Shown one piece after another: positions 12,410 through 25,999 of a DNA stretch of 64,000 bases. The position numbers and the translations under genes are program-made. Position 1 is the stretch's first letter. Each line of letters starts with the position of its first letter. The notes beneath the pieces are model-generated. The model saw only the letters and a list, made by a program, of their open reading frames with translations. It did not search any database and was not told where the DNA came from. Origin of the DNA: Octopus sinensis (lineage: Eukaryota); assembly GCF_006345805.1 (NCBI RefSeq), contig NC_043015.1:52886001-52950000 (forward strand), in the 5' to 3' direction.

Positions 12410-12610
12410 TCCTTACTACCAGAGGCACGAGGCCTGAAATTTTGCGAGAGGGGTTAGTCAGGATTACATTCATGCCACCGTTTGACTGGTTTCTATTTTA
12501 TCAACCCCGAAAGGATGAAAGGCAAAGTCAACCTCAGCAGAATTTGGATTCAGAGTGAGAAGATGGAGGAAATGCCAACAAGCATTCCACCCAGCGTGCT
12601 AATGATTACA
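12410..12610 (-). mobile_element. Nin-like SINE, diverged
   Basis: ctactaccagaggcacgaggcctgaaatt...aaggatgaaaggcaaagtcaacctc. Confidence 0.8.
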
Positions 12611-12615
12611 TCGCC

Positions 12616-13207
12616 ACTGCTGACAAATGGTATAAACATCATCCTGAAGCTGTGACTGAGGGAGAAAATGTGTCGATTCTATGGGACTTCCCCGTGCAGA
12701 CTGACAGGACTATAAAAGCCAATAAACCGGATATTATTATAAAAGATCAGACAAAAAGGATGTGTTTATTAATTGACATGAGCATTCCCTGTGATCACAA
12801 TATAGTGGCGAAAGAATTTGACAAGATTAGTAAATATAAAGACCTGCTAATGGAAATTGAAAAATTGTGGCATCTCAAGGCGACTACAGTACCAGTGATT
12901 GTAGGATCTCTAGGAATGATAAAAAAAGGTACTGAAGCCTATTTGAAAATGATTCCAGGCTTACCATCCCTACAGGAAGTGTAAAAAATCGTATTAACTG
13001 TAACGGCTCATGTACTGCGAAGAGCACTATCGCTGTGAAAATAACATCCATCCATGAATTTATTTATTTATTAATTTTTAAATACATATTTTATCTGTGA
13101 ATTTGCTCGTGTAATCTGAGAATGCATACAATGCCCTTCTCTGCCCTAGGTGTATGGAAAACACTCGGCGAGAAACGGAAGAAAATTTGAAGAAAGAAGG
13201 AAAAAAC
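12616..13207 (+). mobile_element. R4/Dong-type non-LTR retrotransposon, 5'-truncated (restriction-like endonuclease region plus 3'UTR)
   Basis: ILWDFPVQTDRTIKANKPDIIIKD...LIDMSIP..KISKYKDL (PD..D REL motif), followed by a 3'UTR and (TAA)-rich repeats. Confidence 0.9.
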
Positions 13208-13245
13208 ATAATAACAATAATAAAAACAACAACAATAATAATAAT

Positions 13246-13440
13246 CCTTTCTACTATAGGCACAATGCCTGGAATTTGTTGGGAGGGGAATAGTTGATTA
13301 CATCGACCCCAGTATGCAGCTGGTTCTTAATTTATCGACCCTGAAAGGATGAAAGGCAAAGTCACCCTCGGCGAAATTTGAACTCAGAACGTAGCGACAG
13401 GCGAAATACCATTAAGCATTTTTGACCAGCTCAACTGCCT
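13246..13440 (-). mobile_element. Nin-like SINE within TAA repeats
   Basis: Same core as the other copies; flanked by (TAA)n on both sides. Confidence 0.85.
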
Positions 13441-13441
13441 A

Positions 13442-13534
<93 letters not shown>

Positions 13535-13744
13535 CAAATTTGGGAAAGGGGATTAAATTGAGTACATCGACTGCAGTGTGTAACTGGTACGTATTTAATC
13601 AATCTTGGAAGATTGAAATGTAAGGTCAACCGTAGCGGAATTTGAACTCAGACCATAGTAATGGGTGAAATACCACTAAGCATTTCATCCATCAGGTGAA
13701 CGATTCTGCCAGCTCACCACCTTAATAGTAAGAATCATATCCTC

Positions 13745-14010
13745 ATCATCATCGTCGTTTAACATCCGCTTTCCATGCTGGCATGGGTTGGATGGTTTGA
13801 CTGAGGACTGGTGAGCCAGAAGGCTGCACCAGGCTCAATCTGATCTGGTGGAGTTTTTACAGCTGTATGCCCTTCCTAATGCCAACCACTTTGAGAGTGT
13901 AGTAGGTGGTTTTAAGTGCCACTGGCACGATGGCCAGTCAAGCAGTTCTGGCAACGACCACGCTCAAATGTTGTTTTTCATGTGCTACCGGCAAGGCGAT
14001 GCTGGTAATG
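13745..14010 (-). mobile_element. Non-autonomous element with RTE-like 3' tail and (GAT)n end
   Basis: Reverse complement ends ccaacccatgccagcatggaaagcggatgttaaacgacgatgatg. Related copies at about 21460-22420, 24280-24495, 25255-25400 and 34700-34800. Confidence 0.75.
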
Positions 14011-14124
14011 ATCATGCTCGAATAGTAGTAATAATAATAATAATATAATAATAATAATAATATAATAATATAATAATATAATGATAATAATAATAATAAT
14101 AATAATAATATAATAATAATAATG

Positions 14125-14157
<33 letters not shown>

Positions 14158-14167
14158 TAATAATAAC

Positions 14168-14199
<32 letters not shown>

Positions 14200-14203
<4 letters not shown>

Positions 14204-15372
14204 CCACAATTGAACTGGCCAAATATCTCGAAATATCGAATGACTGGATGCTAAAGCTCGTGGAAAATCACGAGAGACGAAAGAAGCTTCATTCTATCAT
14301 CAAGGAAAGCAAAAAATTTGCTATTGATCTCGTGCAGGATACCCAAACTGAACAACCCGAGGGAAGTACTATTGTTGCAAAGAAGGTGAAAATGATGGCA
14401 ATGAAAAAAGCGCACGAGCAATTGGCTGATAGGTGGGAGGAGAAACCTCTGCACGGCAAATATGTGACCCGCAGCAAACAAGCTGATGTTGACCAGAAGC
14501 AAACCCATCAGTGGCTGCGGAGCTCAGGGCTAAAAGCAGAGAGCGAAGGTTTCATCCTGGCTGCTCAAGACCAAGCCTATTAACCCGGAACTACCAGGCC
14601 AATGTGATGAAAAATGGAGCAGACCCAAAATGCCGATTCTGCAACGACATGATTGAAACAGTGGACCACCTAATCTCTGGATTAAAGTCTTAGCACCAGT
14701 GGAGTATAAATTAAGACATGACAGAGTTGGCCAATATCTCCACTGGCTAATAATCGGCATTACAATATCAAAACTGCCGACAAGTGGTATAATCACCACC
14801 CTGAGGCTGTAACTGAAGGAGAAAATGTAACCATTCTGTGGGACTTTCCAGTACATACAGACCGAACCATCAAGGCCAATAAACCAGATATTGTTGTGAA
14901 AGACCAAAACAATAAAGTTTGCTTATTGATCGACATGAGCATCCCCTGTGATCATAATATCTCAGCGAAAGAGTTGACAAGCTCAGAAAATATAAAGACC
15001 TACTCATTGAAATTGAGAAAATGTGACATCTCAGGCGGTTACAATACCAGTGATCGTAGGAGCACTAGGAATGATCAAGAAGGGAACCGAAAATTATATG
15101 AGAATGATCCCTGGCTTACCATCCCTGCAAGAAGTGCAAAGATTGTCTTAACTGGTACATCACACGTATTGAGAAGAGCATTGTCGATGTGAGAACTGTT
15201 GCTGCTCATGTATTTTAATTTAACTTAAAAAAAAAAAAAAAAAAAAATGAACGAACTATTGAGTTTGGGTTTAATGGCCTACCAATGTATACTATGAGTT
15301 TCTTTGCCCTAGGAGTCGGAAGACACTCGGCAAGAAATGGAATCAAATTTGAAAGAAGAAAAAAAAAAAGTA
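14200..15372 (+). mobile_element. R4/Dong-type non-LTR retrotransposon, frameshifted 3' part
   Basis: WEEKPLHGKY..QWLRSSGLKAESEGFILAAQDQ / TRNYQ..DPKCRFCNDMIETVDHLISG (zinc knuckle remnant) / ILWDFPVHTDRTIKANKPDIVVKD (REL). (TAA)n on both flanks. Confidence 0.92.
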
Positions 15373-15761
15373 ATAATAATAATAATAATAATAATGATAA
15401 TAATAATAAACACTGGTCACTGCTGGAATGTCTTTGACTGTAGGTGTAAGGGATAAGTGCTGACCTTGGCCTAAATAACAATGAGTTTCACTCTTATCAT
15501 GCCAACCCACTCAAGATCACTTTTGGCACCATGATAGAAACTTCTGATGAAGGGAAGACCAGCACTGACCATCCCATTTTGTGTGTTATTATGTACAGGG
15601 AATCTAACAACGCATTCTTGAACATTGCCCTCTCAGAAATGGCTGCAATACAGTGTCGTGGAAAAAGATGTGAACAACTGATCTATTGGTCAATCGTCAT
15701 CATGATGTCATCATCATTGCCATCATCATCATCATCGTCGTCATCAATCATCATCATCATC

Positions 15762-15801
<40 letters not shown>

Positions 15802-16501
15802 TGTTTTAAATCCGGGTTTTGTCTCAGTTAACAGGGGTGGCCAGATCTATCTTAGTGCCATAGCAACCAAGGTAGGCAGGTGCAGCCCACTCCAACCTTT
15901 GGGCTGGCTAGTGCCCTTTCTCCTTTGCTATTATGAAGCTTTTTTGGAGCTGGATTTTCTATGGGGAGCATGCCCTTGCTTACCCCCCAACCTCAGTTCC
16001 TAGACATGAATGGTCCCGAGACCAAGGCCTCTACCACGATTTTTAAGAAATGTGGTGGAAAACTAGCTCAGGAAGGCAGGGATGCTACTCCCTGAGACCC
16101 CTTTCAGAGCCCTCCCCCACTACCAAAAGCCATCATGGTTTTAATATTGACATTCCATCCTTGTATGGGTCAGGGAAGAAAATTTGTAGAGGCAGAACAC
16201 TCACCAGATTCCAAGTAATTAAAGTGATATTTCCCACAATTCTTTGAACATAAGCAGCACAATGGCCAGGCAGGATTCCATGGTTGATTGCAAAGAAACA
16301 ACACCACTTGTATGAGGGTGACACTCATTTACAAGTAGCAGGAGATGTCAACACAAACAAACACATCTCAGTTAATCCAATTCACTTAGCCGGCTGCAAT
16401 TTCTGTGAAAAATGACCCCCAAATATTTGCACGGTCTGTCTAGAACTTTTAAGACAGACTCATACTCTAACTTAAAGGTGCCTCTTAACTTTTGCTAACA
16501 G

Positions 16502-16545
16502 TCTTTCATGCGATGTGCTTAGATAATGGATACAAATATTTATTG
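16502..16545 (+). other. Candidate 44-nt internal exon (open frame xFHAMCLDNGYKYLL), product unidentified
   Basis: Acceptor cttaacttttgctaacag and donor TTG/gtgagt; only one frame is open. No partner exon could be established. Confidence 0.3.
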
Positions 16546-17331
16546 GTGAGTAGAATTCAATAAAATAGTAAACGAAACACACGACAATGTATTTTTGAAA
16601 AGCTATTTCCATTTTGCCAAAGTGATGGAAATAAAATAGAAAAAAAAATTTTTTTCCGAAAGAAAATTTGAAAATGCATTCTGTTTTGCTCTTAAAGACA
16701 TTTTGGTGGAGTCCATTAGTAAGCGACACAAACCTGCTCCACATTAAAATGTGTTAGTCTATGCAGATAACAAAAAACTAAACTAAATAAATACAATAAT
16801 TAAAAATAAAATTTTAAAAAAAGAAATGTGTGACGAACTTTTAGCAAGACTTCTACAGTTCATGGTGAAGTTCTATTAAACAAAACATGCATTTATTTCT
16901 TGTGATTCAATGAACACATAAGGGTGGGAATGGTGTATTAGGTATTATGGCAGAAGAGTTCTGCAACAGTGGATGGAGAAGTATTATCACCATTATCATC
17001 ATCACCATCATCGTCATCATCATCATCCACATCATCATCATCATCACCATCATCATCATTATCATTATCAATTTGACATCCTTGATTGTATCTTGTTGGT
17101 CTTTTTGGCTGAACTGCTAAGTTACAGAATTGTAAACAAATGCTGGCTGTCAAGCAAAGGAGTGGGGACAAACACAAAGGTTCTCTCTCTCTCACTCTTT
17201 CTCTTTGTTTCTGTCTCTCTCTCTCTCTGTCTCCCTCTTTCTCTCTATCTCTCTCTGTGTCTCTCTCTTTCTCTCTCTCTCTGTCTCTCTCTTTCTCCCT
17301 CTTTCTCTGTCTGTCTGTCTGTCTCTGTCTC

Positions 17332-17363
<32 letters not shown>

Positions 17364-17364
17364 A

Positions 17365-17396
<32 letters not shown>

Positions 17397-17800
17397 ACAG
17401 GTTTCCTAACAGTCTACCAAATTCACTCATAGGGCCTGGAAACACTTGCCCAAGGTGCCAGTGTTTGCAACATGAATTAACATCAACACTTTGGTGGAAG
17501 GTTTTGATTTAAATGACTTTGAACCAGAAAGGTTGTAGGGGCAATGCCAAGCAGGCTGGAATCGAAAGAGTTAAGTACACTGCAGTTTAGCCCAAGGTCA
17601 ACCATGATCCAGTAAATCATCGACTGAAGACATTCCAACCATGTCCATCCTATCTTTTTACAGATATTGCATAATTGATCACCTGATGCAGCTGGAGTCA
17701 CAGTTCATGTTGGTTGGCCACTTGCCTGATGGCAAGGGTGAATGAGCAAGTATCTTACGGAGATGGGGAGTGACCGAGATACTTCTTGGAGGGTTGCCCA

Positions 17801-18066
17801 GGACAACCTGAACAAATACTGACTGGGACAACCTGAGCAAATACTGATCAGGACAACCTGAGCAAATACTGACCAGGACAACCTGAGTAAATACTGACCG
17901 GGACAACCTGAGCAAATACTGACCGGGACAGCCTGAGCAAATACTGACCGGGACAACCTGAGTAAATACTGACCGGGACAACCTGAGCAAATACTGACCG
18001 GGACAACCTGAGCAAATACTGACCGGGACAACCTGAGTAAATACTGACTGGGACAACCAGAGCAAA
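17801..18066. repeat. 25-bp minisatellite, about 10.6 copies
   Basis: Unit ggacaacctgagcaaatactgaccg at exact 25-bp spacing; a C>T variant occurs in copies 4, 7 and 10. Confidence 0.97.
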
Positions 18067-18433
18067 AATGGTGGATGCAATGACACACTGCAACGGCACA
18101 TGTGTCTGACCCCATACCTGACCTGACCCTTAAAGGACTTTATCAGGCTCCACTCTGTTGCAAGAATTCAGACCAGGCCTCTGGATTTCATGGAAACCTC
18201 TCACTCTTTCTCTCACCAGTATTGAAGGCCAGGTGGTTAGCTGTGCAGTCATGTGGTTCTGAGTTCAACTCCACTGTATGACTTCTTGACCAAATGAAAT
18301 TTTAACTATAGCTTTGGGTTGACTCAAGGTAAAATTGAAGGTGAAATTGAGTTAACAGAAACTTCACAGAAATAAGAAAATTACTATTTGATAATCTCAC
18401 AATGAGAGATATTCAGCAACAGTACTTTGGAGT

Positions 18434-18712
18434 AAAGATTTTTGCCAACATAACACGGCAGTCCTGATTTCGGACAAATGTTGGTGTAATTTAGCCCCAG
18501 GAGACATTCTGTGCTGATGAAGGGAAATAACCAGGAAATCGCAATACAAGATATTGTTTTGAGCTGAGTAGGGGTGCTAGATTCCCTAGTTTGAAAATAT
18601 AAGAACACAGATCATGTCGTATAGCCAGCTGGAGACGATGTCTCCTGGGGCTAAATTACAGCAACATTAGTCCTAAACCAGGACTGCCGTGTTATGTTGG
18701 CAAACAATCTTT
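18434..18712. repeat. Inverted repeat (~74-bp arms, ~130-bp spacer)
   Basis: tttgccaacataacacggcagtcc...gccccaggagacat at 18434-18507, reverse complement at 18638-18712. The spacer begins with a degenerate CTGATGA..GAAA. Confidence 0.9.
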
Positions 18713-19151
18713 ACATCATCGGTCAAATGGATAATATTTTGTAATTCAGATGTCCAGCCTCATTCATATATTGTGTCGTTGGCTTGTTACAGATACACTT
18801 ATCTGAGGTATACGCAGCCAATTACAGTTTGGTTTGCTAAGCAGGTAATTTGATTTCATAAGCAGGTGATTCATTTGGTCAAACTGGTGAATGTCCATTA
18901 TTGAAACTGGTGGAAGTCTCTTTGTCCTCATTGTTGATGCTGTCATTGATCGTCCAGTCATTATCGCTGTTGTCTTTGCCACTGTTATTGTCATTCACCG
19001 CCCACGTCGTCATCATCATCATCGTAGCCGTCATCACTGCCATTGTTGATGCTGCATAGTTGCTCTCATTGCTGTCGTTGTCATCACCATCGTGGTCATC
19101 ATCATTGTCATCTTCATTTCTGCCGCCACAGCATTGTTACTTCTTCATCAC

Positions 19152-19183
<32 letters not shown>

Positions 19184-19639
19184 CCATCACCATCATCATC
19201 ACCACCACCAGCACCAGCACTACCCTACCACCACCCCACCACCCTCATCATCATCACCACCATGACCACCACTATCATTGTTCTCTGTCTCTCTTCCGCT
19301 CTGTCTCCCTGTCTCTCTCTCCTCTCTCTTGTTCTCTTCGTTGTCTATCGCTCCTCTCAATCTTTCTCTCTCTCAATCTCTGCCTCCCCTCCCCCCCCCT
19401 CTCTCATTAATTAAAGTCACCTGATTCCTTGAATGTCACACATGACACAATCTAAATAAAACTCTGCAATTTAACAAAATGTTTTGTTACATGGGTCAGG
19501 GAAATATTTTAAATTTCCAGTCTATTAACATTCTATTCTTGGAATAATAATAATAATAATAATGATAATAATGATAATATAATAATAATAATAATAATAA
19601 TAATATAATAATAATAATAATAATAATAATGATATAATA

Positions 19640-19670
<31 letters not shown>

Positions 19671-20329
19671 CTACTAAAGGCACAAGGCCTGGAATTTGGT
19701 GAAAGGGGACTAGTTAATTACATAGACCGCAGTGTTTCACTGGTACTTAATTAATCGACCCTGAAAGGATAAAAGGCAAAGTCAACCTCAGCAGAATTTG
19801 AACACAGAATGTAGCAATGGGTGAAATACCACTTAAGTATTTCTCCCAGCTCACCGCCTTAATAACAATAATAATAATAATGATAATAATAATTAGAAGA
19901 AGAAGAAGAAGAAGAAGAAGAAGAAGAAGAAGAAGAAGAAGAAGAAGGAGGAGGAGGAGGAGGAGGAGGAGGAGGAGGAGAAGAAGAAGAAGAAGAAGAA
20001 GAAGAAGAAGAAGAAGAAGAATGATAATTTGGATTTTCTTTATACACCACAGGGGTGTTAGCTGAGTGGGGCATTACAAGGATGGTTTACAATTTGTGTG
20101 TGTGTATGTATGTATGTATGTATGTAGGGGTTACATGAAAGATGAAGATAAAGAAAAGAAGAGGAGTGAGTAGATGTGATAAAAATAAACAAAATATGTG
20201 AACACATCTATGATGCTGTCCTGCTCATACAGGAGAACCTCTAAGGAGGCCCAATCAAGGAACCCTATAGATCAAGGAACCCTATAGATCAAGGAACTCT
20301 ATTGATCAAGGATTACCCTGATCATCAAG

Positions 20330-20580
20330 AGCATGAGTTCTCATTCTATGGTAGTTTCCTAATCTACAGGTGCATGCATAGAACCAATTCACTCGAACCA
20401 ATTCACCAGGAGACAGCACTTCTTTTTCCACCCTCACTCTCTTTTCCAAGTGGAACTTTAAAATGTTGATGAGAGCTTGACCAAAGATGAAGGGGGCTTT
20501 CATCAATATCTTCAGCCTTATCCCTTTGTTCTTTTGCCAGAGTCACTATAGACAGGGACACCCTCTGTCCTACAAATATA
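20330..20580 (-). pseudogene. Possible Tx1/L1-like LINE C-terminal fragment
   Basis: GQALINILKFHLEKRVRVEKEVLS resembles the C-terminus of Tx1-like ORF2 (recalled similarity only). Confidence 0.4.
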
Positions 20581-20631
20581 CAACATGCTTCTTTCAGCTT
20601 CCATACATACATACATACATACATACATACA

Positions 20632-20667
<36 letters not shown>

Positions 20668-20671
20668 TATT

Positions 20672-20871
20672 CTTTTATTCTTTTATTTGTTTCAGTCATT
20701 TGACTGTGGCTATGCTGGAGCACTGCCTTTTGTCGAAACAAATCAACCCCAGGACTTATTCTATGTAAGCCTAGTACTTATTATATCGGTCTCTTTTGCT
20801 GAAATGCTAAGTTACGGGGATGTAAACACACCAAAATCAGTTGTCAAGCAATGGTGGGGGGACAAACACAG

Positions 20872-20924
<53 letters not shown>

Positions 20925-21242
20925 CGATGTGCTTCTTTCAGTTTCCATCTACCAAATCCACTCACAAGGCTTTGGTAAGCCTGAGGCTATAGTATAAGGT
21001 ACTTACCCAAGGTGCCACACAGTGGGACTGAACCCGGAACCATGTGGTTGGTAAGCAAGCTACTTACCACACAGCCACTCCTATCGGAGGTGTAGCTGTG
21101 TAGTAAGAAGCTTGCTTCCCAACCACATGGTTGCAGGTTCAGTTCCACTGCATGGCACCACAGGCAACTCTTTCTACAATGGCCTTAGGCTGACCAAAGC
21201 CTTGTGGGTGGATTTGGCAGACAGAAACTGAAAGAAACCTGT

Positions 21243-21246
<4 letters not shown>
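20672..21246. mobile_element. Head-to-head CORE-type SINE pair
   Basis: Minus copy at about 20672-21082, immediately followed by a plus copy (5' half) at about 21086-21246. Confidence 0.88.
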
Positions 21247-21288
<42 letters not shown>

Positions 21289-21347
21289 TATAAAAAGGAG
21301 GTGAACGTACAAGATGTTATTTATATATATATACATACACATTATAT

Positions 21348-21428
<81 letters not shown>

Positions 21429-22839
21429 ATGTATGTATCACATTATATATACATATATCATCATCATCATCATCATCATTTAGTGTCCGCTTTCCATGCT
21501 AGCATGGGTTGGACGGTTCAACTGGTGTCTGGGAAGCCAGAAGGCTGCACCAGGCCAAGTCTGATCTGGCAATGTTTCTACAGCTGGATGCCCTTCCTAA
21601 CGCCAACCACTTCGTGAGTGTAGTGGATGCTTTTTACGTGCCACTGGCACAGGTGCCAGACGAGGCTGGCAAATGGTCACATAGAAAGGGTAGAGGTTAC
21701 ACACAAGTAAATCTACACTGGAAAACATATATATAATGTTGGTGTCATGAAACTGGCACCTGTGCCACTGTGCATAAAAACACTTTTGTAGCGTTGGTCC
21801 CCACTGGAGGCAAAGTTGCCGAGTTCTTTTTGAGTGTTGCACCTCACGGAGGCAAATGGCTGAGATCTTTAGCATTATATTGTGCTTGAGAAGAACACCC
21901 ATCAAGCCATGCAAAATCGCAGTTGTGGAAGATACTAGTGTCACCCATGCTGATGGCACGCAAAAACACCCATTACACTTGCAGAGCAGTTGGTCTTACA
22001 AAGGGCATCCCAGCCCCAGAAAACCATGCCAAATCAGACTGGAGTCTGGAGCAGCCTTGCAGCTTGCCAGCCCTGGTCAAACTGTCCAACCCATACCAAA
22101 ATGGACAATGGATGTTAAATGATGATGATGATGGTAATGATGGTGATGATGGTGATGATGATGATGCACCAGGCTCCAGTCTGATCTGGCACTGTTTCTA
22201 CGGCAGGATGCCCTTCCTAACACTAACCACTCTGTGAGTGTAGTGGGTGCTTTTTACGTGCCAGGCGAGGCTGGTAATGGCCACGATCGAATTGGTGCTT
22301 TTTACGTGTCACCAGCATGTAAGCCAGTCAAGGCGGCGCTGGCATCGACCACGTTCGGATGGTGCTTTTTATGTGCCACCGGCACAAGGATCACAACTGC
22401 AGTTTCCATTGATTTTTGATGTTGGTGTACTTGACTCAATGGATCTCCTCAAGCACAGGGTCAAGACAGTGTTTCTTTACTTGCCACCTGCACACGAGTC
22501 AGTCCAGCAGCCCTAGCAACTGCTGGGTGCCAAAATCCTGGTACTTACTCTATCAGTTTTTTTTGTTTTGTTTGAACCATTTAGTTGCAGGAACATAAAC
22601 AAAGAAACATCAATTGCGAAGCAGCAGTGGGGTACAAACACAGACATAGACACATAAACACATATGCGTAGATGTAAATAGATGAGTCAAGACTTTTTGG
22701 TTTACCGTCTACCAAATTTACCCATGTACATATGTGTGTATACAAGCACACACACATATAAATACATACACACACACACACATATAAATACATACCCCCC
22801 CACACATATATATATATATAATATATATATATATACATG

Positions 22840-22875
<36 letters not shown>

Positions 22876-22969
22876 CATACATGCACACAACACACACACA
22901 CACACACACACACCACACACATATATATATATATTATATATATATATACATGCACACACACACACACAC

Positions 22970-23000
<31 letters not shown>

Positions 23001-23574
23001 ACATGCACACACACACACACACACATACATATATATTGACAGGAGGACAGTTACAAACACAACATAATGAATTGTAACTTTCACTTTCAGCATTCCTTGC
23101 CCATTGGCCACTGCAAAGCATAGTAAACCTCCAAATGTTGTATGCATATATATGTATACACCATTAGTAAATGCATATACAATTAATAAATGCATGTGCT
23201 TGTGTATATTCACATGTGGGAGGGTATGTTTTTTCCTTACACAAAAAACATGCATTCGATAAAAATGTAACTTTTAATCTGGTAATAGAGCTGTCGTATG
23301 CAGCATTAAATCTTATGTGTAATTCTCTAATAGATTGGTGCCAAGTTGCTATAAATCTTGGAGTAAATATGTCCAAAAACCTGACGATGAATCAAAGCAG
23401 ACAGCAAAAAAATGAAGAAAGCCATGTCTCTTCAGAGACGGCACGGAAAATACATATTCAGGCATACAGATTTGTGTGTGTATATGTGTGTGAATGTATA
23501 TGCGTATGACTGATCGAAGTAAAAGAATAAAGAATACACACACACATGTATGTATATATATATGAATGTATATA

Positions 23575-23663
<89 letters not shown>

Positions 23664-23712
23664 GATAGATAAATATCTGTATACACATACATATATATAG
23701 TAATAGATATAT

Positions 23713-23808
<96 letters not shown>

Positions 23809-24009
23809 AGGTACACACACACACATAAGCCCATATAAATGCATAAATAGTGTTGAAAGGGTGTAAGGAAGTTAGTTCCTGAGAGGAATATGGTCTGTAC
23901 TAGAAAGGAAGATTTATTTTTTACCATTTTATTTCATTTGGTTGGAAAAAAATTTTCTTGATATGCAAAGAAAGTTTTTTAACCACTCCTATTGATACGT
24001 ATACCAATA

Positions 24010-24047
<38 letters not shown>

Positions 24048-24561
24048 CCATACATACATACACACAAACAAATACAAGTATACATTTATATACAATTTCT
24101 CATGTCCAGCCTGTGGATCTTTCTGTGAATTGATGGTTGGATTACAGTCTCAAGGCAGGCATAAACATTAGAGCTGAAATATTGTATTTAAATATTGCAA
24201 GGTAGCCTTTGCCTGCCTCAGAAATACCTCTTGAATAGACAAAGGTTTTTTTAACTTTTTGCCTCCCTTTTCCATCTTTCTCTTCTTCTCTTGCTTCGTC
24301 AGTTACTTGGCAACCTCACTTGAGCTGTTGGCATGGAAATTGCACCTAGTATACTCTGTAAAATGAATGGTGTTGGGAAAGCTATCCAGCCATATAAACC
24401 TTACCAAAAGTAAAGCTGGAGCTTGATACAGGTTTGTTGCTTGCTGGATCCTGTTAAACCATCCAACCCATGCCAGCATGGAAAATCGATGTTAATAAAG
24501 TGACTGAAGGTTCCAGAGTTTTGTGACTTGGACCTTGAATCACTCTGTTACTTCGGCCAAA

Positions 24562-24592
<31 letters not shown>

Positions 24593-24642
24593 ATTATTAT
24601 AATTATTATTATATATATATATATATGTATATATATTTATGC

Positions 24643-24673
<31 letters not shown>

Positions 24674-24693
24674 TTATATATATGTGTATATAT

Positions 24694-24724
<31 letters not shown>

Positions 24725-24794
24725 TATATGCATATGGATGTGTTTGTATATATGTATATGTATATATAATATATATGGTTATATATATATGATA

Positions 24795-24830
<36 letters not shown>

Positions 24831-25445
24831 ATATATATATATGTATGTGTTATATATATGTCTATATCATATACTGTATATATATGTATATATATGTATA
24901 ATATATTAACAATTAAGGATATTCTTAATAAGGTATCTTACAAGATATATGAAAACCTATAAAAGAAAAGAATCGGTGAATTGAAATCACGGTGATACAG
25001 AACTAAATTCATTTTTAAATGTCTTGCTTTGAAAAACTGCATGTATGATTAGTATATTTTGTAGTAATATTTGTAGTGTGATATTTATGTGTATATTATA
25101 TATGTATATATATATTATATATGTATATATATATCTATATGTTATACATATGTATACATATGTGTGTGTAATATATGTGTTGTGTATATATATATATATA
25201 TACATATAGATAGATCACCATCATCATCATCATCATCATCACCATCCTCATCATCAAGGTGCTTGATGTTAGGAAGGGCATCCAGCTGTGAAAGCCATGC
25301 CAAAACTGACAGTGAAGCTCGGTGCAGCTTTCCTGCCTTGCCAGGTCCTGTCAAACCGTCTGACCCATACCAGCCATGAAAACGGACGTTAAATGAAGAT
25401 GATAATGATGATGATGATGAATATACACATCGACACACACACAGA

Positions 25446-25532
<87 letters not shown>

Positions 25533-25879
25533 ATATATGTACATACATATGAATGGCTTTTTTATCAATTATGATACCAAATAATAGTTTAACCAACATA
25601 TTCTTCCAAACGTCACAGCATTTACCATAATAATACAGAGTCACATGCAGCTTGATGCCTTAGTAAATTCCTTGGTCACATCTGTTCCAAGAATAGAATG
25701 TATCAGGTTTTTGGTTGAAAGAAATCTAAAACTATTGTTCAAGAACACATTTTTGTTTTGCTCTGTCTTTTGTTCGGAGTAGAGCAATTCTTTTTTTCTC
25801 TCTCGGAAACTCACACACACACATACAAACATACAAACACCCCCCACACACACACATACACACATAGAAACATATGTGC

Positions 25880-25916
25880 ATCAACATCAACATCATCATC
25901 ATTCATCATCATCATC

Positions 25917-25948
<32 letters not shown>

Positions 25949-25967
25949 CGTCATCATCATCATCACC

Positions 25968-25999
<32 letters not shown>

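Noticed and set aside
17801-18066. CRISPR-like array
   Set aside because: The units are contiguous with no unique spacers, there are no cas genes, and the context is eukaryotic.
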